Positions 17,580 to 25,817 of a stretch of DNA of 64,000 nt are shown here, piece by piece. The notes under the pieces were generated by a model that ran no database searches, had not been told where the DNA came from, and worked only from the letters and a program-made list of their open reading frames with translations. Position numbers and translations under genes: made by a program. The first letter of the stretch is position 1, and every line of letters begins with the position of its first letter. Source of the DNA: Collinsella aerofaciens (GTDB taxonomy: Bacteria > Actinomycetota > Coriobacteriia > Coriobacteriales > Coriobacteriaceae); the NCBI GenBank assembly GCA_048502435.1, contig DBFRXD010000050.1, forward strand, positions 667 through 64,666. Reading direction: 5' to 3'.

Positions 17580-19496
17580 ATGGTCGCATTCGATCGCAAC
17601 CCGCAAGACTTCAAGTATCTGCGCCTGCTTTCGAGACAGTTCCCCACCGAACAATCCGCATTTACCGAAATTATCAACCTCTCGGCCATCCTCAACCTAC
17701 CCAAGGGCACCGAGCATTTTATGAGCGACGTGCACGGCGAGTACGAAGCCTTTATGCACATCCTCAACAACTGCTCGGGCGTCGTGCGCGAGCATGTCGA
17801 CGAGATTTTTGGCGACACGCTCTCCTTTGACGAAAAGGGCGAGCTGTGCACGCTCATCTACTACCCGCGCGAGAAGATTGAGCTGGTCCGCAGCCAGCGC
17901 GAGGACTCGCCAACTTGGTACAAGACGATGCTTGACCAGCTCATCATGGTCGCTCGCTCGCTTTCAAGCCGCTACACGCGCTCCAAGGTGCGTAAGGCCA
18001 TCCCGCGCGACTACGCCTACATCATCGACGAGTTGTTGCACACGCACCCGGACGAGAACAACTATCGCGTGCGCTATCACGAGCGCATCGTGGAGTCCAT
18101 CCTGGAGACCGCCAGCGCCGACGACTTTATCGAGTCGCTCGCTTCGCTCATCAAGCGCCTGGCCGTCGACCACCTGCACCTGGTGGGCGATATCTTCGAC
18201 CGCGGCGGCGGCGCGGCCAAGATTATGGACCGCCTGCTCACCTACCATTCGCTCGACATCCAGTGGGGCAACCACGACCTGCTGTGGATGGGCGCTGCGG
18301 CCGGTGAGCCCGCCTGCATCGCCACGGTATTGCGCAACAACCTACGCTACGACAACTACGAGATCTTGGAGAATGACTACGGCATCTCGCTGCGTGAGCT
18401 TGTCGCCTTTGCCGATGCCACCTACACCGCCGGTGAGTCCATCGCCCCGCTGATCAAGGCTATCAACGTGCTGCTCTTTAAGCTCGAGGGCCAGATTATC
18501 CAGCGCCACCCCGAGTTCGATATGACCGACCGCCTGTTACTCGACAAGATCAATCACGACACCGGCACGGTCACGCTCGCCGACGGCAGCGTGTGGCCGC
18601 TCACGACCAACGACTTCCCCACCGTCGACCCGGTAGACCCCTATACGCTCACGCCCCAGGAGCAGCACATCATCGACAAGCTCGTGTCCGAGTTTGTCAC
18701 CGCCGATCACCTGCATCGCCATATCGATTTCCTCTTTTCCCACGGCTCGATGTACAAGGTCGCCAACGGCAACCTGCTCTTCCACGGCTGCGTTCCGCTC
18801 AACGAAGACGGCACCTTTAGCAGCATGAACTGTCTGGGCACATGGCACGCTGGCCGCGATTATCTCGATTTTTGCGACCACATCGCCCGCCGCGCCTGGC
18901 GCGTGGGCGACCGCGATGCCCTCGACTGGATGTGGTGCCTGTGGATTGGCTTCAATTCACCCGCCAGCGGACGCCTGGTGCGTACCTTTGAGCGCGCCTA
19001 TATCGCCGATAAGAGCACCTGGGTCGAGCCGATGGACCCGTACTTTACGCTTACCAAGTCGCCCTCGGTCTGCGATGACATCATGCGCGAGTTTGGCGTC
19101 GCGCCCATGGCATGCTCGCCGACCGGCCACATCATCAACGGCCACACGCCCGTTAAAACCACCAAGGGCGAGCAGCCCATTCGCGCCGAGGGCAAGCTGC
19201 TGGTCATCGATGGCGGCTTCTGCCGCGCTTACCATCCCAAGACGGGTATCGCCGGCTATACGCTCATCTCGAGCTCGCGCGGCTGCCGCCTCAAGTCGCA
19301 CCGGGCCTTTACGACGGTTGCCGAGGCACTCACGCGCAACGTGGACATCGAAAGCGAGACCAACCGTTTTGACCAAGCAGACCGTCGCCGCATGGTGAGC
19401 GACACCGATACCGGAGCTGCAATTCGCAGCCAAATCCAGGATCTGCGTCAGCTGCTCGATGCATATAGAAACGGTGCTATCGAGGAGCGCGCCTAG
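17580..19496 (+). CDS. fbp: Fructose-1,6-bisphosphatase, class 3
   Basis: ORF 17535..19496. The ATG at 17580 follows GGAAGGTG. It reads YLRLLSRQFPTEQSAFTEIINLSAILNLPKGTEHFMSDVHGEYEAF...HLVGDIFDRG...WGNHD, a metallophosphoesterase signature at class 3 FBPase length (about 638 aa). Confidence 0.9.
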   Translation: MVAFDRNPQDFKYLRLLSRQFPTEQSAFTEIINLSAILNLPKGTEHFMSDVHGEYEAFMHILNNCSGVVREHVDEIFGDTLSFDEKGELCTLIYYPREKIELVRSQREDSPTWYKTMLDQLIMVARSLSSRYTRSKVRKAIPRDYAYIIDELLHTHPDENNYRVRYHERIVESILETASADDFIESLASLIKRLAVDHLHLVGDIFDRGGGAAKIMDRLLTYHSLDIQWGNHDLLWMGAAAGEPACIATVLRNNLRYDNYEILENDYGISLRELVAFADATYTAGESIAPLIKAINVLLFKLEGQIIQRHPEFDMTDRLLLDKINHDTGTVTLADGSVWPLTTNDFPTVDPVDPYTLTPQEQHIIDKLVSEFVTADHLHRHIDFLFSHGSMYKVANGNLLFHGCVPLNEDGTFSSMNCLGTWHAGRDYLDFCDHIARRAWRVGDRDALDWMWCLWIGFNSPASGRLVRTFERAYIADKSTWVEPMDPYFTLTKSPSVCDDIMREFGVAPMACSPTGHIINGHTPVKTTKGEQPIRAEGKLLVIDGGFCRAYHPKTGIAGYTLISSSRGCRLKSHRAFTTVAEALTRNVDIESETNRFDQADRRRMVSDTDTGAAIRSQIQDLRQLLDAYRNGAIEERA

Positions 19497-19574
19497 CCCC
19501 GCCTACGGGGATTGGCTAAACTTGCTGAGTTTGTCATCCCCACGGCGCCCCGGCGCCACCCTAAGGCAGGTACC

Positions 19575-19970
19575 ATGCAAAAGCTCCTTGCGCAGATCAT
19601 GAAGTTTGGCGTCGTCGGCGTCATTGCCACCGTCATCGACTTTGGCATCATGAATCTGCTCCATTATGGCCTGGGCCTCAACATCCTAATCGCCAACACC
19701 AGCGGCTTTATCGTCTCACTCATCTTTAACTACCTCGCAAGCATGAAGTACGTGTTTGCGCACAAGGAAGGCATGAGCCGCCGCCGCGAGTTCATTATCT
19801 TTGTCGTACTGTCCGTGATCGGCCTGGTACTCAACGATGGCATCGTGCTGACACTCAACGCCGGTCTGGGGCTCGAGGCCAATATCGCCAAGATATGCGC
19901 CACCGCGCTTGTCATGGTCTACAACTTTGTGACCCGAAAGATCTTCCTGGAGGGCGACGAGACCAAATAG
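19575..19970 (+). CDS. GtrA-family membrane protein
   Basis: ORF 19512..19970; ATG at 19575. MQKLLAQIMKFGVVGVIATVIDFGIMNLL... has four hydrophobic segments in the typical GtrA pattern. Confidence 0.75.
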   Translation: MQKLLAQIMKFGVVGVIATVIDFGIMNLLHYGLGLNILIANTSGFIVSLIFNYLASMKYVFAHKEGMSRRREFIIFVVLSVIGLVLNDGIVLTLNAGLGLEANIAKICATALVMVYNFVTRKIFLEGDETK

Positions 19971-20189
19971 CTCGACACCCCTGCAGCATTACGGCGCCCA
20001 CGTACGACGCGCACTCAGCGCAGTATCGTCCGTGGGTGCCGCTCGTTTACGGGCCATTTTTCAACGTCTGCGGATTAGCTCTTGAAAATTTGACGAGTTC
20101 GTATAGTTCTTGGCAAAGACCTTACGTTTCCCTTGCAAAAGCTCTAAAGTATCCTCTGCTCGATTCATCAACGCATTGGATGTGATTAC

Positions 20190-20597
20190 GTGCGCAAGGC
20201 GCTGGCACAACCTCATACCAAGCAGTTCCTCAAGTTTGCCGTCGTGGGTCTTATCTCCTTTGGCATCGACTGGGGCATGCTCATTGCGCTCGTCGAGCTG
20301 TTCCACCTCGACTTTTTGATGAGCACCACGGTTTCGTTTATCACGTCCGTCGTGGTCAACTACTGGCTCAGCATGAAGTACGTGTTCGACCACCGCGAGG
20401 GCATGAGCCGCAAGCGCGAGTTCACGATCTTCACCATCCTGTCGGTGATCGGCCTGGGCCTCAACGACCTGTACATGTTTGTGGGTGTCACGTTTTTGAG
20501 CATCGGCTACCAGGCCATGAAGGCCATCGCAACGTTCCTCGTCACCTGGTACAACTACTTCAGCCGCCGCTTCTTCCTCGAGGGTGCACGGTCGTAG
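20190..20597 (+). CDS. GtrA-family membrane protein (paralogue)
   Basis: 135-aa ORF with a GTG start. FLKFAVVGLISFGIDWGMLIALVELF...NYWLSMKYVFDHREGMSRKREF parallels the preceding gene (NYLASMKYVFAHKEGMSRRREF). Confidence 0.7.
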   Translation: MRKALAQPHTKQFLKFAVVGLISFGIDWGMLIALVELFHLDFLMSTTVSFITSVVVNYWLSMKYVFDHREGMSRKREFTIFTILSVIGLGLNDLYMFVGVTFLSIGYQAMKAIATFLVTWYNYFSRRFFLEGARS

Positions 20598-20623
20598 TCG
20601 ATTCACTATTTGCTTGAATGTAT

Positions 20624-20660
20624 AACCGGTTGGAATTCCCGTTCCAACCGGTTTTTTGTT
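20624..20660 (+). terminator. Rho-independent terminator after the GtrA genes
   Basis: AACCGGTTGGAA-TTCCCG-TTCCAACCGGTT, followed by TTTTGTTTG. Confidence 0.8.
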
Positions 20661-20692
20661 TGCCGAGAGACCCAGCGGCCAGTCCCATTCGC

Positions 20693-20734
20693 ATGAAAAA
20701 CGGGCGGTCCGGATGTTGGTCCGAACCGCCCGTT
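20693..20734 (-). terminator. Rho-independent terminator ending the riboswitch-controlled operon
   Basis: AACGGGCGGTCCGGA...TCCGAACCGCCCGTT stem with one mismatch. On the minus strand it is followed by TTTTTCAT. Confidence 0.75.
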
Positions 20735-20755
20735 TGATGCAATATGTCGAGGCCT

Positions 20756-21667
20756 CTAGCCTGTAACGTAATACCAGACTACGTTGTCGCCGTTTGAGAG
20801 AACGTAGTTGCTGCAGGCCGTCATGGGCGTCGTGCCGTTGACGGAGTACATCCAGCCGCTCGTGCCGCCGTGCTGTTTCTCGGCCAAACCACCAATCGCG
20901 GAAACATACGTGCCGTACGACGAGCCGTGCGCGTTGACAGAAAGGCCCAGCGCGCACAGGGCATCGTAAACGGTAGCGCCTTCGTTAAAGGTAAAGGTGC
21001 CACCAGAGGACACAGGATTGCCCACAGAGCTCGATGTGACCGAAACCGTCACCGTAACGTAGTTGGACTCCTGCGAGCCGCTCTGGCCGCCCGAGGAGGC
21101 GTTTCCACCATTAGAGGATGAGGCTCCATTAGACGACTGGCCACCGCCCGAAGAAGCACCACCAGACACCTTGGAAGTATCGCCGGCTCCCGTATTCTGG
21201 GCAGCGGATTTATCGCCAGACTTCTTACCGTCCTGGTCCTCGGACTTCTTGCTATCCGAGTTTTTGTCCGATTCCTTGTCCGAAGACTCGGAATCGTCCT
21301 TGCCGTCGTTCGAACCCTTGAACTCATCTTTTGCGTCATTCGATGACTTGGAATCCTTGGAACTGGCCTCGCCCGAAGTCGTAGTCGAGCCAGACGCCTT
21401 GGTGTCCTTGGTGACGACGCTCTCCCCCGTCACGGTCTGAATGATCCAGTCGATGGACCAGGCACCGCTTGTGGAAGGATGGACGAAACCCAGCGAGACG
21501 ACGATCAGAATGGTGCATGCAGCAGTCAGAACGCCGAGGAGCGCCTTGCGACGAGAGGTGGACGCCGCCGAAGCGGCGCCCTTTTGCTTTGGATCATCGA
21601 GCTGGATAAACGAGGAGTCGGGCTGTTGCCCGCTGGTCTCCTTGGGCTTATCGGGCATTACCGTCAC
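20756..21667 (-). CDS. Membrane-anchored protein with Ser/Asp/Lys-rich stalk and a C-terminal DUF4430 (transcobalamin-like C-terminal) domain
   Basis: 303-aa ORF with an N-terminal TM (ALLGVLTAACTILIVVSLGFV) and a low-complexity S/D/K region. The C-terminus VTVSVTSSSVGNPVSSGGTFTFNEGATVYDALCALGL...GGTSGWMYSVNGTTPMTACSNYVLSNGDNVVWYYV matches the GW.Y.VNG....LsdGD.i.W.Y signature I associate with DUF4430. Its start overlaps the stop of the upstream gene by 20 nt. Confidence 0.75.
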   Translation of the reverse strand: MTVMPDKPKETSGQQPDSSFIQLDDPKQKGAASAASTSRRKALLGVLTAACTILIVVSLGFVHPSTSGAWSIDWIIQTVTGESVVTKDTKASGSTTTSGEASSKDSKSSNDAKDEFKGSNDGKDDSESSDKESDKNSDSKKSEDQDGKKSGDKSAAQNTGAGDTSKVSGGASSGGGQSSNGASSSNGGNASSGGQSGSQESNYVTVTVSVTSSSVGNPVSSGGTFTFNEGATVYDALCALGLSVNAHGSSYGTYVSAIGGLAEKQHGGTSGWMYSVNGTTPMTACSNYVLSNGDNVVWYYVTG

Positions 21668-24600
21668 CCTTGCCGCGCTTGGTCAGCACGAAGACGGCGA
21701 TGAGTGCGAGGCCAATCACGCCGGCGGCGATGCCAACGATGGCGAGCGGATTGGTGCCAGTCTCCTGCTCGGAAGCACTAGAGGACTTCTTAGCAGTGGT
21801 CGTGGAAACAGCACCCGTATCGGACTTGGAATCGGACTTCTTGTCGGACTTGCTGTCCTTCTTGTCAGACTTCTTGTCAGACTTCTTCTCGTCCTTCTTA
21901 TCGGACTTATCGGAGTCCTTCTTGTCGGACTTGTTGTCCTTGGTCTCGGTCTTGGTCGACACCGTCGTCTTGGTCGTCGGCTTATGACCCGGGGCGACAG
22001 CGCCGCCAGCCTGCTGGCCCTTCGTGCCGGAGCCGGAACCCGTGCCAGTGCCAGCGCCAGCGCCGGAACCGTTGCCAGCGCCACCGTTGCCACCATTAGT
22101 GCCAGAACCGCCATTACCGCCAGGGTTAACGGCATTCTTGGTCCACTTGGCATACAGCGTCAGATCGGCCGTCACCGGCGTACTGAAGTCATACGCCTGC
22201 GTGCAAGCCTCATCGGTATACCAACCGCCGAAAGTGTAGCCATCGCGCGTCGGATCGGCCGGCTTGACCAGCTTGCCATCGGCCGTAGCAACAAACTTAG
22301 TGTCGCAAGCAGACCCGCCGTTGGAGTTAAAGGCAACCGTCCAAGACTCGACAGCTCCAAGTTTAAACAGCGTGCCCGAATCATTAATGTAGTAGAGATT
22401 GCCAGAAGCATCGGCAATGACCGGAGAGTCACAGTACTGGTAATGGCCAGCCGCATCATAAATCTGCGTCGCCTCTGCATCGCCGAGCGTATAGCGATAC
22501 ACGCCACCACCAGCAGAGTAGTTGACGTAATCCTTGCTATCCGCGCTGTTAACGGTGAAGTACACATAGGTCTTGCCGCCCTGAACACTCACCAGCGGAG
22601 TAGCAGCAATACCGTTGAGGCCAGCCGGCAGCGCCTTGCCGTCGGCAGCAGCGACCATCGTGGTCTTACCCGTCTTCAGGTTATAGAGAACCAGAGCAGA
22701 GCCAGTAGCCGTCTGTCCGCCGACAATCAGATTGTCACCAGACACCGCAGGGGCGCTCAGATTATTCGTAAGGCCCAGATCAACCGTCTTCTGTTCACTC
22801 AGCACGCCCTTCGCCGAAAGCGAAATCACATGGAGCTTTCCGTCGTGCGTCATCTGATAGAAGGTCGAACCATTGGACGGATCGGCAATGCAATCGGCAT
22901 TTGCGACAGCGCCGAGCTTCATGGTCGAAACGACATCGCCCGTCGTCTTATCAATGCACTTAAGCGTACCCGCGCTCGTAGGAACGATGGCATACTTATC
23001 CGTCAAAGCCGCACCAGTCCAGTAATAGCCCTCGGCAGGGTCGATGTTCTGCCAAGAAACTTCGCCCGTGGCAATCTTAATGCGTGCAAAGGAGCCGTTG
23101 CCGTAGGTCGCGTTGTAATTCTCGTCATACGAAATATCGACCGAGCCTACATAGACGTACTCGCCGTCCGAAACGACGGTGCAGGAGCTCTGCGTCAAGT
23201 CCGTCAAACCAGGCGTCAGCCACTTGCAGATCAGCTTGTCTGCAGTAATCGCCTGGACCGCACCGCCGTTGAGCGGAACGACGATAAGGCCATTGGTATA
23301 GATCGGACGAGAGGTATAGCTCACCTTGGAGGCAAGCGGCGCAGAGGCAACCTTTTTGCCCGTGGACGAATCGATCTTAATGAGCTCGTTCTCGGTCGCG
23401 ATGTACACAAAGCCGTTAGCAATGACAGGCTCGCTGCAGTTGGCATACTGCTGACCAGACTCGGCCTTCCAATCGAAGGCCCACTTAAGACCGGCGGCCT
23501 GCGCAGGCGTCTTGGCATCCGTTACGGTCGAACCGTTGCCGCTGTTGCCGTAGCCGGCCCACTCGGCATCCCAATCAGGAGTCGTCGCGCTCGGATCCAC
23601 GACAATCTTGTCGGGATCGGGCATGGGCGAATTATCGGTGGTATAGGCAAGCGTGACCTTATCGCCGCTCTGGAGCGTAATCTGATTGGCGCAGAGTAAG
23701 GAGGGCTCTCCGTTGATATACAGATGCCAATATTTATTGGTCGCAGCATCCCAACCATACGGCTTGTGATCGAACGGCGAAGTAATGGAATTCAGGAACC
23801 AGTACTCACCACTCTGGGAGCCGTTGTACGCAACGCCCTTGGCCTTCAGAACTGCCTCAATAAGGTTCTGGGCCGTGGAGCCTTCGGGCAGAGAAACATT
23901 GCTTGCCGTGCCCCAACGCGTATTGTTCCCGTTGACATCGGGACCGATAACATCGACAGACCCAAGAACCTGGCCAGGAAGGGCATCGGCGTCAGCACCA
24001 TACATAAAGGTGACGGCATCGCCCTCATGGAGCTCGTAGGCACCGGCGCCAACGTCGGCGAACTTGCCATTTACGTAGAAGCGCCAATAGCTATTGGTCG
24101 CAGCATCCCAGCCATAGGACTTGCCATCGAATGGCGAATAAATGCCGTTGAGGAACCAGCCCCAAGACGATTCGCTGGCATCGAGCTTAAGGCCGGTCTG
24201 CTCAAGGAGATCCTTGGCAGTGGAGCCTGCCTTGAGACTCGTCTGGCCCGTCGAAGCCCAAACCTGCTGCTTGCCGTCCTTGTCCTTACCGAGAACCTGA
24301 ACAGAAGCATGGACAGAATCGGAGGGCAGCTGGTCGCCCCAGCCACCGTAGAACCACGTAACGGTATCGCCGGCATGGATGGTGACATTGTCCGCCGTAT
24401 AGTCACTCGACTTGCCGTTGATGAACAGCTGCCAATAGGTCGAATAATCTTGGGGCGTACCCAGCTCAACACCGTTGTACTTAAGGCTCAGAATGAAGGA
24501 GCCCGCAGCAACGGCGTCAATGTCGTTCGCCTCGAGTGCGGCCTTCGTAAGGTCAAGCGCGCTCGAACCGGACGTCACCACATACTGCGCGTTATCGACC

Positions 24601-25463
24601 CAAGTCTGAGTCTTGCCCTGGGCATCGCGACCAATGACGGTCACATTTGCGGCAACCTGGTCCTTAACGACAGGGGACGCGCTACCAGCCGTATAGGCAA
24701 ACTCAATCTTCTGCCCTTGGGTGAGCTTGACGCTGCTCGCGCCAACCGAGGAAGACGCGCCGTCGACGAACAGCTGCCAGTAGGCATAAGTCGCCGGATC
24801 GAAGGCAAGCGTACGGCCATCGCTCGGGGATGTGATGCTTTTGAGGTAGAAACCGTATGCCGTGTTCGGATCGTAATCCGCCTTGAAGCCCGTCTTCTGC
24901 TGCAGCTTAACGAAGGCATCCGCAGCCGTCGCGCCCTCGTCGAGCTTGAGTTGCGTAGGTGCCACCCAGGTCTGAGCCTTGCCGTCGGCATCGGTGCCGA
25001 TAATCGAGAACGAGACCTCGACTTGCTTCTTGGCGACATCGCCGGTTTCTGTCGGGTTCTCTGTCTGGACGGCAGCCGCGGCGGCAGATCCTGCTTGGCC
25101 AGCGGATACCGTCGAAGACTGCTCGCTCGTGGCAGGGCTCTCCCCCGTCGCCGAGCCTTCGTCGCCAGTTGCTGCCTCTGTAGTGGCGGCACTAGCTGCA
25201 GGCGCGCTCCCGGAATCCGAAACCTCGGCGCCGCTCTGCTCAGCGGTACCGCCCGCAAGCGCTGCGTCCTCGCCTGGCGTCGTAGCCTGAGCCACAGCGT
25301 CGGTAATGCCCTCGGCACCCTCGGCCCACAGCTGAGCCGGCGTGGTGCCAAAGGCCATCGCGAAGGCCAGGAATGCCACCAGGCAGCGCTTTGCCACACC
25401 GCGCGCGATTACGCCACGGCGACGAAGCGAGGAACGCTGGCACTCGTCCTCAAACATATCCAT
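21648..25463 (-). CDS. Giant cell-surface protein: signal peptide, 4 tandem DUF4430/transcobalamin-like modules, PQQ/BamB-like beta-propeller, Listeria-Bacteroides (Flg_new) repeat, Gly/Ser and Lys/Ser/Asp stalk, C-terminal sorting-signal-like anchor
   Basis: ORF 21648..25607. I choose the ATG at 25463 because AGGAGA lies 4 nt upstream and the longer version would run into the riboswitch. Signal-like segment: RRRGVIARGVAKRCLVAFLAFAMAFG. The four repeats end ...YWQLFVDGASS..GQKIEFAY, ...YWQLFINGKSS..GDTVTWFY, ...YWRFYVNGKFA..GDAVTFMY and ...YWHLYINGEPS..GDKVTLAY. Propeller-blade-like repeats include NGFVYIATENELIKIDSSTGKKV and YAIVPTSAGTLKCIDKTTGDVV. The Flg_new-like repeat is GYTFGGWYTDEACTQAYDFSTPVTADLTLYAKW. 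The tail is ...QETGTNPLAIVGIAAGVIGLALIAVFVLTKRGKG. Confidence 0.8.
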   Translation of the reverse strand: MDMFEDECQRSSLRRRGVIARGVAKRCLVAFLAFAMAFGTTPAQLWAEGAEGITDAVAQATTPGEDAALAGGTAEQSGAEVSDSGSAPAASAATTEAATGDEGSATGESPATSEQSSTVSAGQAGSAAAAAVQTENPTETGDVAKKQVEVSFSIIGTDADGKAQTWVAPTQLKLDEGATAADAFVKLQQKTGFKADYDPNTAYGFYLKSITSPSDGRTLAFDPATYAYWQLFVDGASSSVGASSVKLTQGQKIEFAYTAGSASPVVKDQVAANVTVIGRDAQGKTQTWVDNAQYVVTSGSSALDLTKAALEANDIDAVAAGSFILSLKYNGVELGTPQDYSTYWQLFINGKSSDYTADNVTIHAGDTVTWFYGGWGDQLPSDSVHASVQVLGKDKDGKQQVWASTGQTSLKAGSTAKDLLEQTGLKLDASESSWGWFLNGIYSPFDGKSYGWDAATNSYWRFYVNGKFADVGAGAYELHEGDAVTFMYGADADALPGQVLGSVDVIGPDVNGNNTRWGTASNVSLPEGSTAQNLIEAVLKAKGVAYNGSQSGEYWFLNSITSPFDHKPYGWDAATNKYWHLYINGEPSLLCANQITLQSGDKVTLAYTTDNSPMPDPDKIVVDPSATTPDWDAEWAGYGNSGNGSTVTDAKTPAQAAGLKWAFDWKAESGQQYANCSEPVIANGFVYIATENELIKIDSSTGKKVASAPLASKVSYTSRPIYTNGLIVVPLNGGAVQAITADKLICKWLTPGLTDLTQSSCTVVSDGEYVYVGSVDISYDENYNATYGNGSFARIKIATGEVSWQNIDPAEGYYWTGAALTDKYAIVPTSAGTLKCIDKTTGDVVSTMKLGAVANADCIADPSNGSTFYQMTHDGKLHVISLSAKGVLSEQKTVDLGLTNNLSAPAVSGDNLIVGGQTATGSALVLYNLKTGKTTMVAAADGKALPAGLNGIAATPLVSVQGGKTYVYFTVNSADSKDYVNYSAGGGVYRYTLGDAEATQIYDAAGHYQYCDSPVIADASGNLYYINDSGTLFKLGAVESWTVAFNSNGGSACDTKFVATADGKLVKPADPTRDGYTFGGWYTDEACTQAYDFSTPVTADLTLYAKWTKNAVNPGGNGGSGTNGGNGGAGNGSGAGAGTGTGSGSGTKGQQAGGAVAPGHKPTTKTTVSTKTETKDNKSDKKDSDKSDKKDEKKSDKKSDKKDSKSDKKSDSKSDTGAVSTTTAKKSSSASEQETGTNPLAIVGIAAGVIGLALIAVFVLTKRGKGDGNAR

Positions 25464-25606
25464 TTGTCTCCTACTGTCTGTACTTGGAGCGTTGCCTTGA
25501 AGCTGCCCCACGTCATCGCGCATGTTGCGCTCGAGTTCCCCCATCGGGGTCCCCCTTCCCTCCAGAGCCCTATGCACACCGGCGGCATACGCCGCAGCCG
25601 CATGCA

Positions 25607-25779
25607 AGATGGGAGGCGATCCGACTTAACCTTAACGACTCGGGCGCGCCGTCCGATCTGCGACGCGAACATTCCGAGCCAAGAGGAATTACGGTTACTG
25701 GTACAGCCGGGGACTTGCACCCCGATTCTCCCAAACGCGCAGGAAAACCGCGCATTCGTGCGTCTCCGCACCACCATCT
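25607..25779 (-). ncRNA. Cobalamin (B12) riboswitch aptamer, candidate
   Basis: The minus-strand core GGGAGAAUCGGGGUGCAAGUCCCCGGCUGUACCAGUAACCGUAA (reverse complement of 25689-25732) matches the conserved GGGAA..GGUGnAAnUCC..GCUG..GUAA core. A B12-box-like AAGUCGGAUCGCCUCCC lies at 25611-25627 (reverse complement). AGAUGG (25779-25774) and CCAUCU (25612-25607) can form P1. All recognised by eye from memory of the class consensus; no covariance-model search was possible. Confidence 0.7.
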
Positions 25780-25788
25780 AGGCCATCG

Positions 25789-25817
25789 ATTAAAACCGTC
25801 AATATGCTATCACGCAA
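25789..25817 (-). promoter_or_regulatory. Sigma70-like promoter candidate for the riboswitch operon
   Basis: On the minus strand: TTGCGT (25817-25812), a 17-nt spacer, then TTTAAT (25794-25789). The predicted start lies a few nt before the P1 5' strand. Confidence 0.35.

Noticed and set aside
19575-20597. Two adjacent GtrA-family genes as part of a glycosylation or serotype-conversion island.
   Set aside because: No glycosyltransferase (GtrB/GtrC-type) or phage genes accompany them, and their GC looks like the backbone. They are probably ordinary paralogues.
21700-22150. Apparent tandem DNA repeats (cttcttgtcggac… units), and a similar stretch at 21160-21360.
   Set aside because: They are in frame within the two surface-protein genes and encode Lys/Ser/Asp and Gly/Ser low-complexity stalks. 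They are not an independent repeat array.
25464-25607. The N-terminal extension of the giant surface-protein ORF, whose track start is at 25607.
   Set aside because: The extension has no RBS and would begin at the 3' edge of the predicted riboswitch P1 helix (25607-25612) and run through the whole expression platform. The ATG at 25463 has AGGAGA upstream and is followed by a signal-peptide-like sequence.
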